A stretch of 64,000 bases of DNA from Actinomycetes bacterium (GTDB lineage Bacteria > Actinomycetota > Thermoleophilia > RBG-16-64-13). The stretch lies in the NCBI GenBank assembly GCA_024637095.1, contig JAGXFV010000024.1:770-64769 (forward strand), in the 5' to 3' direction. Shown piece after piece: positions 40,551 to 50,375 of the stretch; positions within the stretch are counted from its first letter, which is position 1, and every line of letters begins with the position of its first letter. The notes below the pieces were generated by a model. It had not been told where the DNA came from, did no database searches, and saw only the letters and a program-made list of their open reading frames with translations. A program made the position numbers and the translations under genes.

Positions 40551-40826
40551 ATGGCCGAGAAGGAAAGGGTTTCGTACTGTCTGGTCTGTCGGCAGGAGGA
40601 TGAGCACTTGGTGCGCAGACGCTGCGGGGCCGAAGCCCAGCGGCAGGCGGGACTCACTCCCGCGATGGAACTGGGGACCGGTGCCTGCTCGCACGACGAC
40701 CGGATGGCGTGGTGCCACGACTGGCCCGAAGAAACGGTCACCTGGCTGCGCCGTCAGGTGGAGGACATCACCGACGCCGAGGTGACGGACGGCCTTCCTT
40801 CCGGTTTCGACCGGATTCAGTGCTGA
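40551..40826 (+). CDS. Small Cys-rich hypothetical protein (91 aa; a CxxC motif plus further Cys and His residues, possibly a Zn-binding domain)
   Basis: ATG 40551 with GGAGG SD 5 nt upstream; MAEKERVSYCLVCRQEDEHLVRRRCG...GACSHDDRMAWCHDWPEE; GC3-rich codon usage consistent with the host. Confidence 0.5.
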   Translation: MAEKERVSYCLVCRQEDEHLVRRRCGAEAQRQAGLTPAMELGTGACSHDDRMAWCHDWPEETVTWLRRQVEDITDAEVTDGLPSGFDRIQC

Positions 40827-40842
40827 GCGAGCACGCCCCTGG

Positions 40843-41223
40843 TTACTTGGCGTAGCGGCGGCGCAGGCGCGGCGCCTCCAACAGGGCTCCCGCCAAGAGG
40901 GTGAACCCGGCAACTCCAAAGAGGATTGCCAGCATTCTCCCGTATGGCTCACCCAAGCCACGGCGCTGTCCGAGCAGGAGCAGCGCAGTGGTCACCCACT
41001 CAAAGGCCCCGAACAGGAGCGCCACCTGCACCACGCGCGCGGCCCAGCGCCGCCGCACCAGCAAGAGCAGCGGCAGCAGCAGGAAAAGCATCATCAATTG
41101 TGGCTGGAAGGACCGGAGATAGTGGGCCACCAGCAGCAGGCAGGCAAGCAGCACCGGAAGCAGCAAGGCGATCTCGACGACCGCGCCACGGGCGTATCTT
41201 CGCGGTGATACCATCTGCTCCAT
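40843..41223 (-). CDS. Small integral membrane protein (126 aa, 3-4 TM), hypothetical
   Basis: MEQMVSPRRYARGAVVEIALLLPVLLACLLLVAHYL...; the ORF track start at 41418 adds 65 non-hydrophobic residues. Confidence 0.55.
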   Translation of the reverse strand: MEQMVSPRRYARGAVVEIALLLPVLLACLLLVAHYLRSFQPQLMMLFLLLPLLLLVRRRWAARVVQVALLFGAFEWVTTALLLLGQRRGLGEPYGRMLAILFGVAGFTLLAGALLEAPRLRRRYAK

Positions 41224-41260
41224 AAATCTACTTTTCACTAGATAAAGGTTGGAATCTCCC

Positions 41261-41755
41261 GTGGGCAAAGATAGCAGTTTCCGTCCTCCCCTTCTCCTTC
41301 TAGCCGCGTTTTTGGTCGCGATCGCCGGGAGCCTGCTCCTGGTCTCCTGCTCGTCTGACGAGGGGGAGCCGACGGACACCGGAGCCGCCACCGAAGACAC
41401 GGCTGCGGGTTCCGGCACGACGTCGGCGCCGAGCAGCGACCCTTACACCGACATCGCTCCCGATGAGTTGGCGCAGATGCTGGAGAGCAAAGACTTCCTC
41501 CTGATCAACACGCACGTCCCCTACGAGGGCGAGATCGAGCAAACCGACCTCTTCATCCCCTTCGATCAGCCGGTGGATGAGATTACGGAACTACCCGAAG
41601 ACAAGTCGACCAAAATGGTGCTGTACTGCCAGAGCGATCGCATGAGCCGCATCGCCGCCGAAGCCTGGGCGGACGCGGGCTACGACAATCTCTACAACCT
41701 GGACGGCGGCTTCGTCGCCTGGGAACAGGCGGGATACGAGCTGCTGCAGAAGTAG
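41261..41755 (+). CDS. Rhodanese-domain (sulfurtransferase) lipoprotein
   Basis: Signal peptide plus lipobox LLVSC; rhodanese active-site loop VLYCQSDRMSRIAAEAW; GFVAWEQAGY; start is GTG 41261 or TTG 41249. Confidence 0.75.
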   Translation: MGKDSSFRPPLLLLAAFLVAIAGSLLLVSCSSDEGEPTDTGAATEDTAAGSGTTSAPSSDPYTDIAPDELAQMLESKDFLLINTHVPYEGEIEQTDLFIPFDQPVDEITELPEDKSTKMVLYCQSDRMSRIAAEAWADAGYDNLYNLDGGFVAWEQAGYELLQK

Positions 41756-41812
41756 CCGGCTCCCCGGTGTTCCTCCACTTCACCGTCCACGAACACCCCG
41801 AGGAAGGCGACG

Positions 41813-42295
41813 ATGTCCGGTCTCGAGATCATTGTGGCGCTGTTGATGCTCCTGGGGCTAGCGGGCACCATCATCCCCTACTTCCCCGGAATACTGCTGG
41901 TTCTAGGGGGGGCCGCTTTATGGGCGCTTCTTGGGGATGTCGGCCGGACGGGTTGGGTCACGTTGGGCATTCTCGTAGCGATCGGCGTGACGGGGATGGT
42001 GCTCTCCACCCTGCTCTCTGTGCGCATGGCCGCAGGCAGAGGCGCCTCGCGCTGGATCCTGGGCGTAGGTCTATTAGGCGTGGTCGTCGGTTTCTTTGTC
42101 ATCCCCGTGGTGGGAGCCCTGATCGGTGGGCCGATCGCCATTCTCCTCGCCGAGTTCTACCGGGTTCGTGATCTGGACCGGGCGTGGACTCTGACCGTCC
42201 GAGCCCTCAAGGGTGTGGGGGTGGGAATACTGGTCGAATTCGTGACCGCCGTAGCCCTCATCGCCATCTGGGTATCAGTGGTGCTCTTCGTCTGA
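41813..42295 (+). CDS. Small 4-TM membrane protein (DUF456-like)
   Basis: 160 aa MSGLEIIVALLMLLGLAGTIIPYFPGILLVLGGAALWALLGD...; SD gaggaagg upstream. Confidence 0.6.
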   Translation: MSGLEIIVALLMLLGLAGTIIPYFPGILLVLGGAALWALLGDVGRTGWVTLGILVAIGVTGMVLSTLLSVRMAAGRGASRWILGVGLLGVVVGFFVIPVVGALIGGPIAILLAEFYRVRDLDRAWTLTVRALKGVGVGILVEFVTAVALIAIWVSVVLFV

Positions 42296-42305
42296 GGTGG
42301 CCTGG

Positions 42306-42342
42306 AAGCCGACCAGGGGGACTCGAACCCCTGACCTGCTCA
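42306..42342 (-). repeat. Copy 1 of a tRNA-3'-half-like direct repeat: T-arm AGGGGTTCGAGTCCCC plus an acceptor-like end. No 5' half is present, so it is not an intact tRNA.
   Basis: Plus strand aagccgaccagggggactcgaacccctgacctgctca; 26-nt identical core with copy 2 at 61488..61513. Confidence 0.7.
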
Positions 42343-42412
42343 AATTGCGAGTCCTCCAGGACCACCGTCCATGACCTGTTGCAGTGTGGATTGTGCAGGC
42401 ATTTTCGGGAGC

Positions 42413-44746
42413 CTAGCCCATGATCCGCTTGAGTAGGGTCTTCACGGGACCGCCGTGCTTCTTGACCACCATCACCGACGAAGGCGAGTAGCGGGCCACC
42501 TTCTCCGGGATCTCACCAAAGAGCACCTGCCCCAGCCAGGGTTCGTTCGCCGCGCCGATGGCCACCAGGTCGAACTCCCGGCTCGCCTTGGCAATACCGC
42601 CTGCCACTCCCTTGGCCTCCACAATGGTCGCGTCGGTGAAGACGTCTCCCTCGATCAGCTTGAGCGTCTGCTCGATGTTTTCCAGCGCGGCCTGACGCTG
42701 CTGCTCGCCGGCTCCCGGCGGCACCACCTGCATGCCGGTAACCGTCAGCTCGAGCTCCTCGGCGATCGCTCCCAGCATCACCGCAGCCAGTTGGGCGTTC
42801 ACGCCCCCGGCGGAGGGAAGCAGGCAACTCCGCGGCTGTCCCGACCCCACCAGTTTGAGCAGCATCACGTCGCACGGGGCCAGGCGCACCACTCTGTCGA
42901 CCACCTCGCCGAAGATGCGCCGGCGTGTGTTGGTGTAGCCCTTCCAACCCATGACCAGTAGCTCCGCGCGGTGATTTTCGGCGGCGGCCAGCAACCCCTC
43001 GGAGGCAACGTGGGCCACCACCAGGTCGGTATCGAGCTCAAAGCCGCGCTCGCGCGCGATAGCCCGCGCCTGCTCCAGTAGCGGCTCGCGATGGTGGCTG
43101 AAGCGGGAGCCCTCGTGGATGGGAACCTGGCGGGGCACCCGCACCACCGTGACCGCGATGAGGTGCACTCCCCGCTGGCGGGCGACCGGATAAGCAAATT
43201 CCAAGAGTCTCTCCACCGTATCCGGATTGTGCAGCGCGACCACCACGGTGGGTTCCTCGCTGATTGAGGGACCGCGCGCTTTGGTAAGCAGCACCTGGGG
43301 TTCGAGCTCGGCCGCACGCTTCTCGAAGACCGCGTAGTAGAGTAGCAATCCCAGCGCCACCCAGCCCGCGGTGACGTACCAGGCGACCGGCTGAAAGTTG
43401 AACTGGTAGAGGGCCAGGAAGATGTTGAGAGTGAAGCCCAGAACCGGCACCCAGGGATAGAGAGGCAGGCGGTAGCGGCGGGGAATGTCGGGATACTTGC
43501 GGCGCAGGGCGATCACCGAGAGGTTGACCATGGCGAAGGTCAGCAAAAACATCAGACTGGCAGCGGAGCCCACCGCTTCCAGGGGCAGGACCATAGCGAC
43601 GGCGAGGAGCATGGCGCCGGTAACCAGGATTGCGATCCGCGGCGTCCGCCGCACAGGGTCGATCTGGGACATCTTGCTCGGCAGCAGCACGTCCCGGCTC
43701 ATCGAAAACGCCACCCGGGAGGCGGCCATCACCGTGGCGTTCAGGGCGGACATGGTGGAAAGCAGGCCGCCGACGACGATGAGCGCCACGCCGAAGGCCG
43801 GCATGAAGCTCTCGGCGGCCTTGACGATCGCGGTCTCGCCGTGGAGCCCCAGGAACTGCCAGGAGGGCAGACCGCTCTCGGGACGGATGGCGGCCAGAGC
43901 CACGAACACGATCAGCAGATAGACCGCCACCGTCACCCCCAGGGAGATGAAGGTTGCGCGAGGGATGTTCTTCTCCGGCTCCTTGATCTCCTCGGAGACG
44001 GTGGCAATCAGGTCATAACCCTCGAAGGCGATGAAGGTGAGGCCCATGGCCACGAGCACGCCCCCCACGCCCTCGGGAAGGAAGGGCGTAAAGCTGTCGA
44101 GCGCCACGTCCGGCTCCCCCAGGATCCGGTTCAACCCGAAGGCGATGAAGACGGCGAGAATCGCCAGTTTGGCCAGAGTGAGGAAGTTCTCCGCCTTGCC
44201 GGTGACTGCAGCTCCGCGGATGTTCAGCCAGGTGAAGGCGGCACCCACCACCACGGTGACTGCGAGCATCGCCGACGTATGCCCGGTGAGCTCGAACAGA
44301 GATTCGGTCGTTCCGGGAAGGTACTTCTCGAAGACCTCCCAGAAGTAGCTGGCAAAAGCCAGAGCGTACAGACTACAGGCCACGGTGTAGGCGAACCAGA
44401 GCATCCAGCCGGCCACGAACCCGGCCACCCCCTCGAAGGCCATCCTGACGAACGAGTAGCCGCCGCCGGCCCGGGGCACCGCCGAAGCCAGTTCGGCGTA
44501 GACGAAGGCGGTCAGCAGGGTGACGAGGCCATTGGCGCCAAAAGCCAGGATGGAGGCGGGCCCCGCTTCGCCGGCGGCGATCCCCGTGAGCACGAAGATG
44601 CCCGCGCCGATCATCGCACCGATGCCGATCATGGTGGCTTCGAAGAGCCCCAGGTCGCGGGCGAAAGTGGCTTCTTGTCCCGTAGCCGCAGTCGGCTCGG
44701 TGGTCATCGGCTCGCTCGTCGCCAAGTGGCCCGCTCCCTCCGGCAA
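42413..44746 (-). CDS. APC-family amino acid permease (12 TM) fused to two C-terminal universal stress protein (UspA) domains
   Basis: 777 aa; N-terminal ...FEATMIGIGAMIGAGIFVLTG...; C-terminal tandem Usp-like ...VVVALHNPDTVERLLEFAYPVARQRGVHLIAVTVVRV... and ...ELLVMGWKGYT... Confidence 0.8.
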   Translation of the reverse strand: MPEGAGHLATSEPMTTEPTAATGQEATFARDLGLFEATMIGIGAMIGAGIFVLTGIAAGEAGPASILAFGANGLVTLLTAFVYAELASAVPRAGGGYSFVRMAFEGVAGFVAGWMLWFAYTVACSLYALAFASYFWEVFEKYLPGTTESLFELTGHTSAMLAVTVVVGAAFTWLNIRGAAVTGKAENFLTLAKLAILAVFIAFGLNRILGEPDVALDSFTPFLPEGVGGVLVAMGLTFIAFEGYDLIATVSEEIKEPEKNIPRATFISLGVTVAVYLLIVFVALAAIRPESGLPSWQFLGLHGETAIVKAAESFMPAFGVALIVVGGLLSTMSALNATVMAASRVAFSMSRDVLLPSKMSQIDPVRRTPRIAILVTGAMLLAVAMVLPLEAVGSAASLMFLLTFAMVNLSVIALRRKYPDIPRRYRLPLYPWVPVLGFTLNIFLALYQFNFQPVAWYVTAGWVALGLLLYYAVFEKRAAELEPQVLLTKARGPSISEEPTVVVALHNPDTVERLLEFAYPVARQRGVHLIAVTVVRVPRQVPIHEGSRFSHHREPLLEQARAIARERGFELDTDLVVAHVASEGLLAAAENHRAELLVMGWKGYTNTRRRIFGEVVDRVVRLAPCDVMLLKLVGSGQPRSCLLPSAGGVNAQLAAVMLGAIAEELELTVTGMQVVPPGAGEQQRQAALENIEQTLKLIEGDVFTDATIVEAKGVAGGIAKASREFDLVAIGAANEPWLGQVLFGEIPEKVARYSPSSVMVVKKHGGPVKTLLKRIMG

Positions 44747-45027
44747 GTCGTCGTGGCAACGCGCCCCGGGGCGCGACGGCTCCTCTGCGAGGTCCCGGTA
44801 TTTTACGGACCGGGGGCCCTGGGTTCAACCAAAGCTCCCCCGTCGCACGCCGCCTGTGCTGCCGAGTTTGTCCGAGGGCGGTTCCCCCGCTCAGAGAGGG
44901 CGCGACCAGGGTAGAAGGCGGTCGTGACGCCTCGGGGCGAATGCCCAGCCGTCGGACAGAACCTGCGTCGGAAAGAAGGTTGTCTGTGCCCGCAGCAAGA
45001 CCAACTGGACGGACCGGGTAGCCCAAG

Positions 45028-46320
45028 ATGAGGCGGAATATCTGGCTGCTCGCCCTGGCTCAGGCCCTCCTCTTGACAGGCAGCGCACTGGTGGCCTCGA
45101 CCGCAGCGCTCGTCGGCAAAGAACTCAGCCCCTACCCCCTCCTCGCCACCCTGCCCCTGGCGGCCCAGCTGGTGGGCACCATGCTGACGACGATTCCCGC
45201 CGCGCTGCTCATGGCCCGGATCGGCCGGCGCGCGGGCTTCTCGGTAGGGGCGGCGCTGGGACTTGCGGGGGCAATAATCGCGACCTTCGCCGTGCTCGGC
45301 GGGCGCTTTTACCTCTTTTCCCTGGGCACGGCTCTCATCGGCGTGTTCAACGGTTTTGGGGTCTACTACCGCTTCGCCGCCGCCGACGCCGCCACTCCCT
45401 CATACCGCAGCCGCGCCGTCTCCTACGTCCTCGCCGGGGGTGTAGTGGCGGCAGTCGCCGGCCCCAGCCTGGCGCGCTGGACGCGCACCCTGATCGGCGA
45501 GGCCGAGTTTGCGGGCAGCTTTCTGGGCCTGGTGGGTGTCTACGCCGTTGCCGTCTTCATCCCGCTGCTAACCACTCTGCGAAAACCGGAAGAGACGGAA
45601 CTCGCCGCCGCGGGGCGCCCGCTCGTCCAGGTCGCTCGGCAGCCCGCCTACCTGGTGGCGGTGATCGCGGCCACCATGGGTTACGCCTTCATGGTCCTGC
45701 TGATGACCGCCACCCCCCTAGCCATGGACGCGAAGGCCTTCACCTTCGGGCTGATCGCCTTTGTCATACAGGGGCACGTGCTCGGGATGTACGCGCCTTC
45801 CTTCGTGACTGGGGGACTAATCGGGCGACTCGGCGTGCTTCAGGTAATGCTCCTGGGGGCCACGCTGGGCGCCGCGGCGGTTGCCGTCAACCTCGCCGGG
45901 ACCAGCGGGGTGCACTTCACAATCGCCCTCGTGTTGCTCGGCGTCGCCTGGAACTTCCTCTTCATCGGGGGCACCACGCTGCTCACCGAGACCTACCGGC
46001 CGGCCGAGCGGGCCAAGGCCCAGGCGTTGAACGACTTCACCGTCTGGACCGCGGTGGTCGCAGCTTCCCTGTCCGCGGGCGCCCTGCAGCAGGCCTTCGG
46101 CTGGCGGGCAGTCAACCTTGGCGCCATCCCGCTCATCCTGATCGCCGCCGGCGCGGTTGGCTGGCTATGGCTCAAGCGGCGGGGGATGCCCGGGCCGCTC
46201 ACAGCCGGGCAGGTCCAAGCCGAGCCGCGGAGCGAAGAAGGACCCTCCCTGGAGGACCCCGCGTTGATCCCCGGACCCGGCCTGCCCACCCCGGACTCCG
46301 GCGAAAAGGCCCCTGCGTAG
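45028..46320 (+). CDS. Major facilitator superfamily transporter (12 TM)
   Basis: 430 aa; MFS motif ARIGRRAGF; all-hydrophobic topology. Confidence 0.8.
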   Translation: MRRNIWLLALAQALLLTGSALVASTAALVGKELSPYPLLATLPLAAQLVGTMLTTIPAALLMARIGRRAGFSVGAALGLAGAIIATFAVLGGRFYLFSLGTALIGVFNGFGVYYRFAAADAATPSYRSRAVSYVLAGGVVAAVAGPSLARWTRTLIGEAEFAGSFLGLVGVYAVAVFIPLLTTLRKPEETELAAAGRPLVQVARQPAYLVAVIAATMGYAFMVLLMTATPLAMDAKAFTFGLIAFVIQGHVLGMYAPSFVTGGLIGRLGVLQVMLLGATLGAAAVAVNLAGTSGVHFTIALVLLGVAWNFLFIGGTTLLTETYRPAERAKAQALNDFTVWTAVVAASLSAGALQQAFGWRAVNLGAIPLILIAAGAVGWLWLKRRGMPGPLTAGQVQAEPRSEEGPSLEDPALIPGPGLPTPDSGEKAPA

Positions 46321-46374
46321 CCGCGACCGCTCCAGCAGGCGCCCCCGGCGTCACCGACGGACTGTCAAGTATTA

Positions 46375-46403
46375 TTGACACCCTGTCCGTTTTTGGTTAC
46401 TAT
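46375..46403 (+). promoter_or_regulatory. Near-consensus sigma70 promoter TTGACA-17-TACTAT in an AT-rich spacer. It is flanked by inverted repeats GTCAAgtattaTTGAC and CTGTCaaatttattaGACAG, which are candidate operators for the downstream XRE regulator.
   Basis: Direct reading of 46360-46440; the AT-richness here is conspicuous in this GC-rich genome. Confidence 0.55.
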
Positions 46404-46443
46404 TCCTCTGTCAAATTTATTAGACAGGCATAGGAGCCGTCAG

Positions 46444-46863
46444 ATGTCGTTCCAAGAGAAGAGCACCGTTGCCATGACGGGCGCTTTGATAGTCGTGTAC
46501 GGCGCCTACTTCGCCGTCGTGGGAGCCTGGCTGGCGTCGACCCCGACGGACGAGATCGTCTATCAGCCTCTGATGGTGGTTGCCATCGTTCCCTTGGTGG
46601 TCCTCATCGTGCTCAGCCACGCTGTCATCGCCGTCGCAAAACCGAAGGAAGCAAACGCCTACGACGAACGCGACCGCATCGTGGCCCTCCGCGGGGACCG
46701 TCTGGGCGGCCACACCTTGGCTGTCGGCGTATTCGTGGGCCTGGTGCTCGCCATGGCCGAGGTCTCGCCGTTCTTCATCGCCCATGGCCTGCTGCTCGCG
46801 TGGGTTTTGGCGGAGATCACGGGAAATGCAACGAAGCTCATACTCTACCGGCGAGGAGCCTGA
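46444..46863 (+). CDS. Small membrane protein (3 TM) co-transcribed with an XRE regulator. It resembles the membrane-protein/HTH pairs of the DUF2178 type.
   Basis: ATG 46444 with SD aggag; MSFQEKSTVAMTGALIVVYGAYFAVVGAWL... Confidence 0.6.
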   Translation: MSFQEKSTVAMTGALIVVYGAYFAVVGAWLASTPTDEIVYQPLMVVAIVPLVVLIVLSHAVIAVAKPKEANAYDERDRIVALRGDRLGGHTLAVGVFVGLVLAMAEVSPFFIAHGLLLAWVLAEITGNATKLILYRRGA

Positions 46864-46866
46864 CGG

Positions 46867-47082
46867 GTGGCAAAACCGACTCGGGTCACCAACCGGATTC
46901 GTGCTCTGCGTTTTGAAGCCGGCGAGATGACCCAAGGAGAACTTGCCGAGCGCATCGGTGTCACCCGACAGACGGTCAACGCGATCGAGCAGGGCAAATA
47001 CTCACCGTCCCTCGAGGTAGCCTTCAAGATAGCCCGGGTCTTTGGAGTCGCCCTCGAGGAGGCGTTCCAGTACCCGGGCTAG
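46867..47082 (+). CDS. XRE-family (Cro/C1-type) helix-turn-helix transcriptional regulator
   Basis: 71 aa ...LRFEAGEMTQGELAERIGVTRQTVNAIEQGKYSPSLEVAFKIARVFGVALEEAF. Confidence 0.85.
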   Translation: MAKPTRVTNRIRALRFEAGEMTQGELAERIGVTRQTVNAIEQGKYSPSLEVAFKIARVFGVALEEAFQYPG

Positions 47083-47097
47083 ACCGACCGGGGGCGA

Positions 47098-48552
47098 TCA
47101 GCCGCCTCTGACGCCTCTTTCGATACGTTCTCCGACCTCTGGGTCGATGTTGCGCCAATATTCGAAGGCGCGCTGCAGCACAGGCTCGGACACGCCGTTT
47201 GCCAGATGACCCGCCACATTGGAGACCAGTAGGTCGCGCTGGCGGTCGTCCATGACTTCGCGCACCAGGGTGCCGGGCTGGACGAAGTCGCCGTCATCAC
47301 TGTGCGGAGTGTAGGCGGCGCGGACGAACTCGCCATTGGTGCTCCACACGGCAGCCTCGGGGTACCGCTCGGGGTCGGGCGTGGGTCCCCCCTTGGAGTT
47401 GGGCGTGTAAACCGGATCGGAGACGTTGTCGATCCTCATCTTCCCGCCCTTGCTGTAGTTGTGCACCCCAGCCTTTGGCCGGTTGACGGGGATCTGCTTG
47501 TAGTTGACCCCCAGGCGTGCCCGGTGGGCGTCGCCGTAGGAGATCAAGCGAGCAAGCAGCATCTTGTCCGGGCTGGGCCCGATCCCGGGGACGAGGTTGC
47601 TCGGCTCGAACGCCGCCTGCTCAATCTCGGTGTGAAAATCGCTCGAGTTGCGGTTAAGCGTGAACCGGCCGACCTCCTGCAGGGGGTAGTCGCCGTGAGG
47701 CCAGACCTTGGTGAGGTCGAAGGGGTTGAAGCGGTAGCTCTCGGCCTCTTCGAAGGGCATGATCTGGACCTTGAAAGTCCAACTGGGGTAGTCGCCTCGC
47801 TCGATCGCGTCGAATAGGTCGCGCCGGTGATAGTCGGCGTCCGCCCCGGCTATCTGGTCGGCCTCCTCCTGGGTGAGGTTCTCGATACCCTGGTCGGTCT
47901 TGAAGTGGTACTTCACCCAAAAGCGCTCACCTTCGGCGTTGACCCACATGTACGTGTGGCTCGTATAGCCATTCATGTTGCGGTAGCTCTTGGGGACGCC
48001 TCTGTCGCTCATCAGGATGGTGACCTGGTGGGCGGATTCCGGAGACAGGGTCCAGAAGTCCCACTGCATGTCGTGGTCGCGTAGGCCGCTGTCCGCCCGG
48101 CGTTTCTGGGAGTGGATGAAGTCCTGGAACTTCATCGGGTCGCGGACGAAGAACACCGGCGTGTTGTTGCCCACCATGTCGTAGTTGCCCTCGGTGGTGT
48201 AGAACTTGAGGGCGAAGCCGCGGACGTCGCGCCAGGTGTCGGGGCTGCCGCTCTCGCCGGCTACCGTGGAGAACCGGGCCAGCATGTCGGTCTTCGTCCC
48301 CGGCTGGAACACGGCCGCCTTGGTATAGGCGCTGGCGTCCTGAGTCACCTCGAAGTGCCCAAAGGCCCCCGACCCTTTCGCGTGGGGCTGGCGGTCCGGG
48401 ATCATCTCCCGGTTGAAGTTGGCCATCTGCTCCATGAGGTAGTGATCCTGGAGCAGGATCGGCCCGTCGGGACCGACAGTCAGAGAGAACTCGTCGCTCG
48501 ACACGGGAATCCCCGCATCAGTGGTGGTCGGCTTGCGGCCCTCGGTTCCCAT
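47098..48552 (-). CDS. katA: Monofunctional heme catalase (clade 3 / KatA-like, ~484 aa)
   Basis: ...[18 protein letters not shown]-type motif (here [21 protein letters not shown]), ...[19 protein letters not shown]..., proximal Tyr region [14 protein letters not shown]; the start is corrected to ATG 48552 ([10 protein letters not shown]). Confidence 0.9.
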   Translation of the reverse strand: MGTEGRKPTTTDAGIPVSSDEFSLTVGPDGPILLQDHYLMEQMANFNREMIPDRQPHAKGSGAFGHFEVTQDASAYTKAAVFQPGTKTDMLARFSTVAGESGSPDTWRDVRGFALKFYTTEGNYDMVGNNTPVFFVRDPMKFQDFIHSQKRRADSGLRDHDMQWDFWTLSPESAHQVTILMSDRGVPKSYRNMNGYTSHTYMWVNAEGERFWVKYHFKTDQGIENLTQEEADQIAGADADYHRRDLFDAIERGDYPSWTFKVQIMPFEEAESYRFNPFDLTKVWPHGDYPLQEVGRFTLNRNSSDFHTEIEQAAFEPSNLVPGIGPSPDKMLLARLISYGDAHRARLGVNYKQIPVNRPKAGVHNYSKGGKMRIDNVSDPVYTPNSKGGPTPDPERYPEAAVWSTNGEFVRAAYTPHSDDGDFVQPGTLVREVMDDRQRDLLVSNVAGHLANGVSEPVLQRAFEYWRNIDPEVGERIERGVRGG

Positions 48553-48798
48553 GGCGTGAATGCCTCGCTTTCTATGCGTCTGGGTGGAATGCGGCTCTTC
48601 AGTCTCACAAAAATACCGCAAGGGCCTGGCAATGACCAAGAGAGCGCCTGCGGAGCGCTCGCTCGAATCCCCGCACAGTGAAGGGCTACGAGTTGGTATC
48701 CCCCAGGTGAGTGGCCCTCTGTCAGCGATTGGCACGGCCGTCCGCGTACTGAAGGACGGCCTGGAGAATGAAGTAGCCGCGCCGCCCCCGCGGCCTGC

Positions 48799-49581
48799 CT
48801 ACTGCTGGTTATCAGCGTAACGCATCTGGGCGAAAGTGGCCCCGACTCCGGCGAGGAACGTCAGGACGACCACCACCAGGCTGGCGGGTGCCAGTGTCTC
48901 GACGCGCGGTCCGGCCACCCCGGCAAACAACGGCACTATCGACCAGGGGAACCATTTTCCCCACCCGGTCGCTCCCAATACATTGCCGAGAACGAGGGTG
49001 AAGATAGCGAAGCCCAGAGGCGGCAAGTAGCCCCTTCCGAGCGTCGCAACCCAGGCCACCGTCGGCACCAAGAGGAAGGCAACGCCCGCAGCGATCAGGA
49101 CGTCACTTGCACCTCCCCAGACGGTCCCTGCCGAAAGACCGGATAGACCGAGTGTCAGACCGAGCACCACCGTCTCCACAATCGCGAAGATCGAGAGTCC
49201 GGCGAACCAAACGAACACTACGGCAAGCTTCGCGAGGGCAAAACGATAGCGAGGGACCGGAAGGGCCAACATGTTCTTCGCCGTTCCTTCGGCGTACTCG
49301 CGGCCAAAGACGTAGGCCGCAATGACAGCGAGAAGGATCATCCCTCCGAGCCCGGAGATCTGGGTCAAGAGGAGGAAGTAGCTCTCCCAGGTGGCGTCCA
49401 GGCCGGCCAAGTCGGCCTTGGTACCAAGGAGACCTAGCTGACCGGCCCGCTCGGGGTCGCGTACGATCCACATGAAAAGCGCACCGACCGATGGTCCGGT
49501 GGCGTAGGCGAGCAAAGAGAGCCACGTAACCTTGCTGCGTCGCAGCTTCAGAAATTCGGTCGTGAGCGTTGGTGCCGTCAT
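48799..49581 (-). CDS. ABC-2 family transporter permease
   Basis: 260 aa, 6 TM; downstream of and overlapping the cognate ATPase gene. Confidence 0.75.
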   Translation of the reverse strand: MTAPTLTTEFLKLRRSKVTWLSLLAYATGPSVGALFMWIVRDPERAGQLGLLGTKADLAGLDATWESYFLLLTQISGLGGMILLAVIAAYVFGREYAEGTAKNMLALPVPRYRFALAKLAVVFVWFAGLSIFAIVETVVLGLTLGLSGLSAGTVWGGASDVLIAAGVAFLLVPTVAWVATLGRGYLPPLGFAIFTLVLGNVLGATGWGKWFPWSIVPLFAGVAGPRVETLAPASLVVVVLTFLAGVGATFAQMRYADNQQ

Positions 49582-49595
49582 CCAAAGTCCCCCCG

Positions 49596-50375
49596 TCAGG
49601 CAACGCCCCCAGTGACTTGCAGGAAGTATCGCTCGAGCTGCATGGAGAGCAGCGCCTCTGCACGCTGCTCTTCAGTATATTTAGACTCCACCAGAGTACG
49701 GGCCCGCTCGAAGAGCTCCTTGCGGCTCAGTTCCTCCAGCAGGCGACCGCCGCCAATCACTCCCACGCGGTCGGCTAGATGCGCCACCTCCGGCAGAATG
49801 TGGCTCGACATGAAAACGGTAACCCCGTGTTCGTCCGCTATCGAGCGCAAGAGCTTGCGGATCTCAACGATGCCGGCCGGATCAAGGCCGTTGGTCGGCT
49901 CGTCTAAGACGAGCACGTCCGGGCGGTGGAGTAGGGCACGGGCGAGCGCAAGCCTCTGCAAGTTGCCGTGGGAGAGGCGCCCGGCCCGCCGATCCGCGTA
50001 CGCATCTAGACCCAACTGATCGATTACTCGGCGAACGGCGTCCGGTTCCGACCCTGTCAGCCGGCGCTGGATCTCGAGGTTCTCCCAAACGGTGAGATTG
50101 GGGTACGCGGTGGCCGTCTCTACCAAAAACCCTACGCGACCCAGCCAACCCGTGTCGCCCCCGTCCGCCAGATGGCCGAGCACCCGTACCTCACCCTTGC
50201 TGGGATGGATAAGGCCAAGAAGCATCCGTATGGTGGTGGTCTTGCCGGCTCCGTTGCGGCCGAGAAAACCGTAGATCTCCCCGCGCCGCACGTCGAGGTC
50301 GAGACGATCGACCGCCAGTACGTCGCCGTACCGCTTGGTCAATTTGCGAGCCGAGATCACCGTGTCAGCGCTCAC
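49596..50375 (-). CDS. ABC transporter ATP-binding protein (ABC-2/DrrA-like exporter ATPase)
   Basis: 259 aa, GRNGAGKTTTIRML Walker A, LSHGNLQRLALARAL signature, VLVLDEPTNGLD Walker B. Confidence 0.85.
   Translation of the reverse strand: MSADTVISARKLTKRYGDVLAVDRLDLDVRRGEIYGFLGRNGAGKTTTIRMLLGLIHPSKGEVRVLGHLADGGDTGWLGRVGFLVETATAYPNLTVWENLEIQRRLTGSEPDAVRRVIDQLGLDAYADRRAGRLSHGNLQRLALARALLHRPDVLVLDEPTNGLDPAGIVEIRKLLRSIADEHGVTVFMSSHILPEVAHLADRVGVIGGGRLLEELSRKELFERARTLVESKYTEEQRAEALLSMQLERYFLQVTGGVA

Noticed and set aside
40155-40961. 268-aa minus-strand ORF overlapping the qor 3' end and the small Cys-protein gene
   Set aside because: The composition is antisense-like and it overlaps two better-supported plus-strand genes.
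42296-42400. The two tRNA-like repeats as intact tRNA genes (Leu/Thr-like) or as tmRNA
   Set aside because: Only the anticodon-stem 3' side, T-arm and acceptor 3' strand are present. No D-arm or complementary 5' acceptor strand exists within 80 nt upstream at either site. Nor is there a tmRNA-like 5' end.
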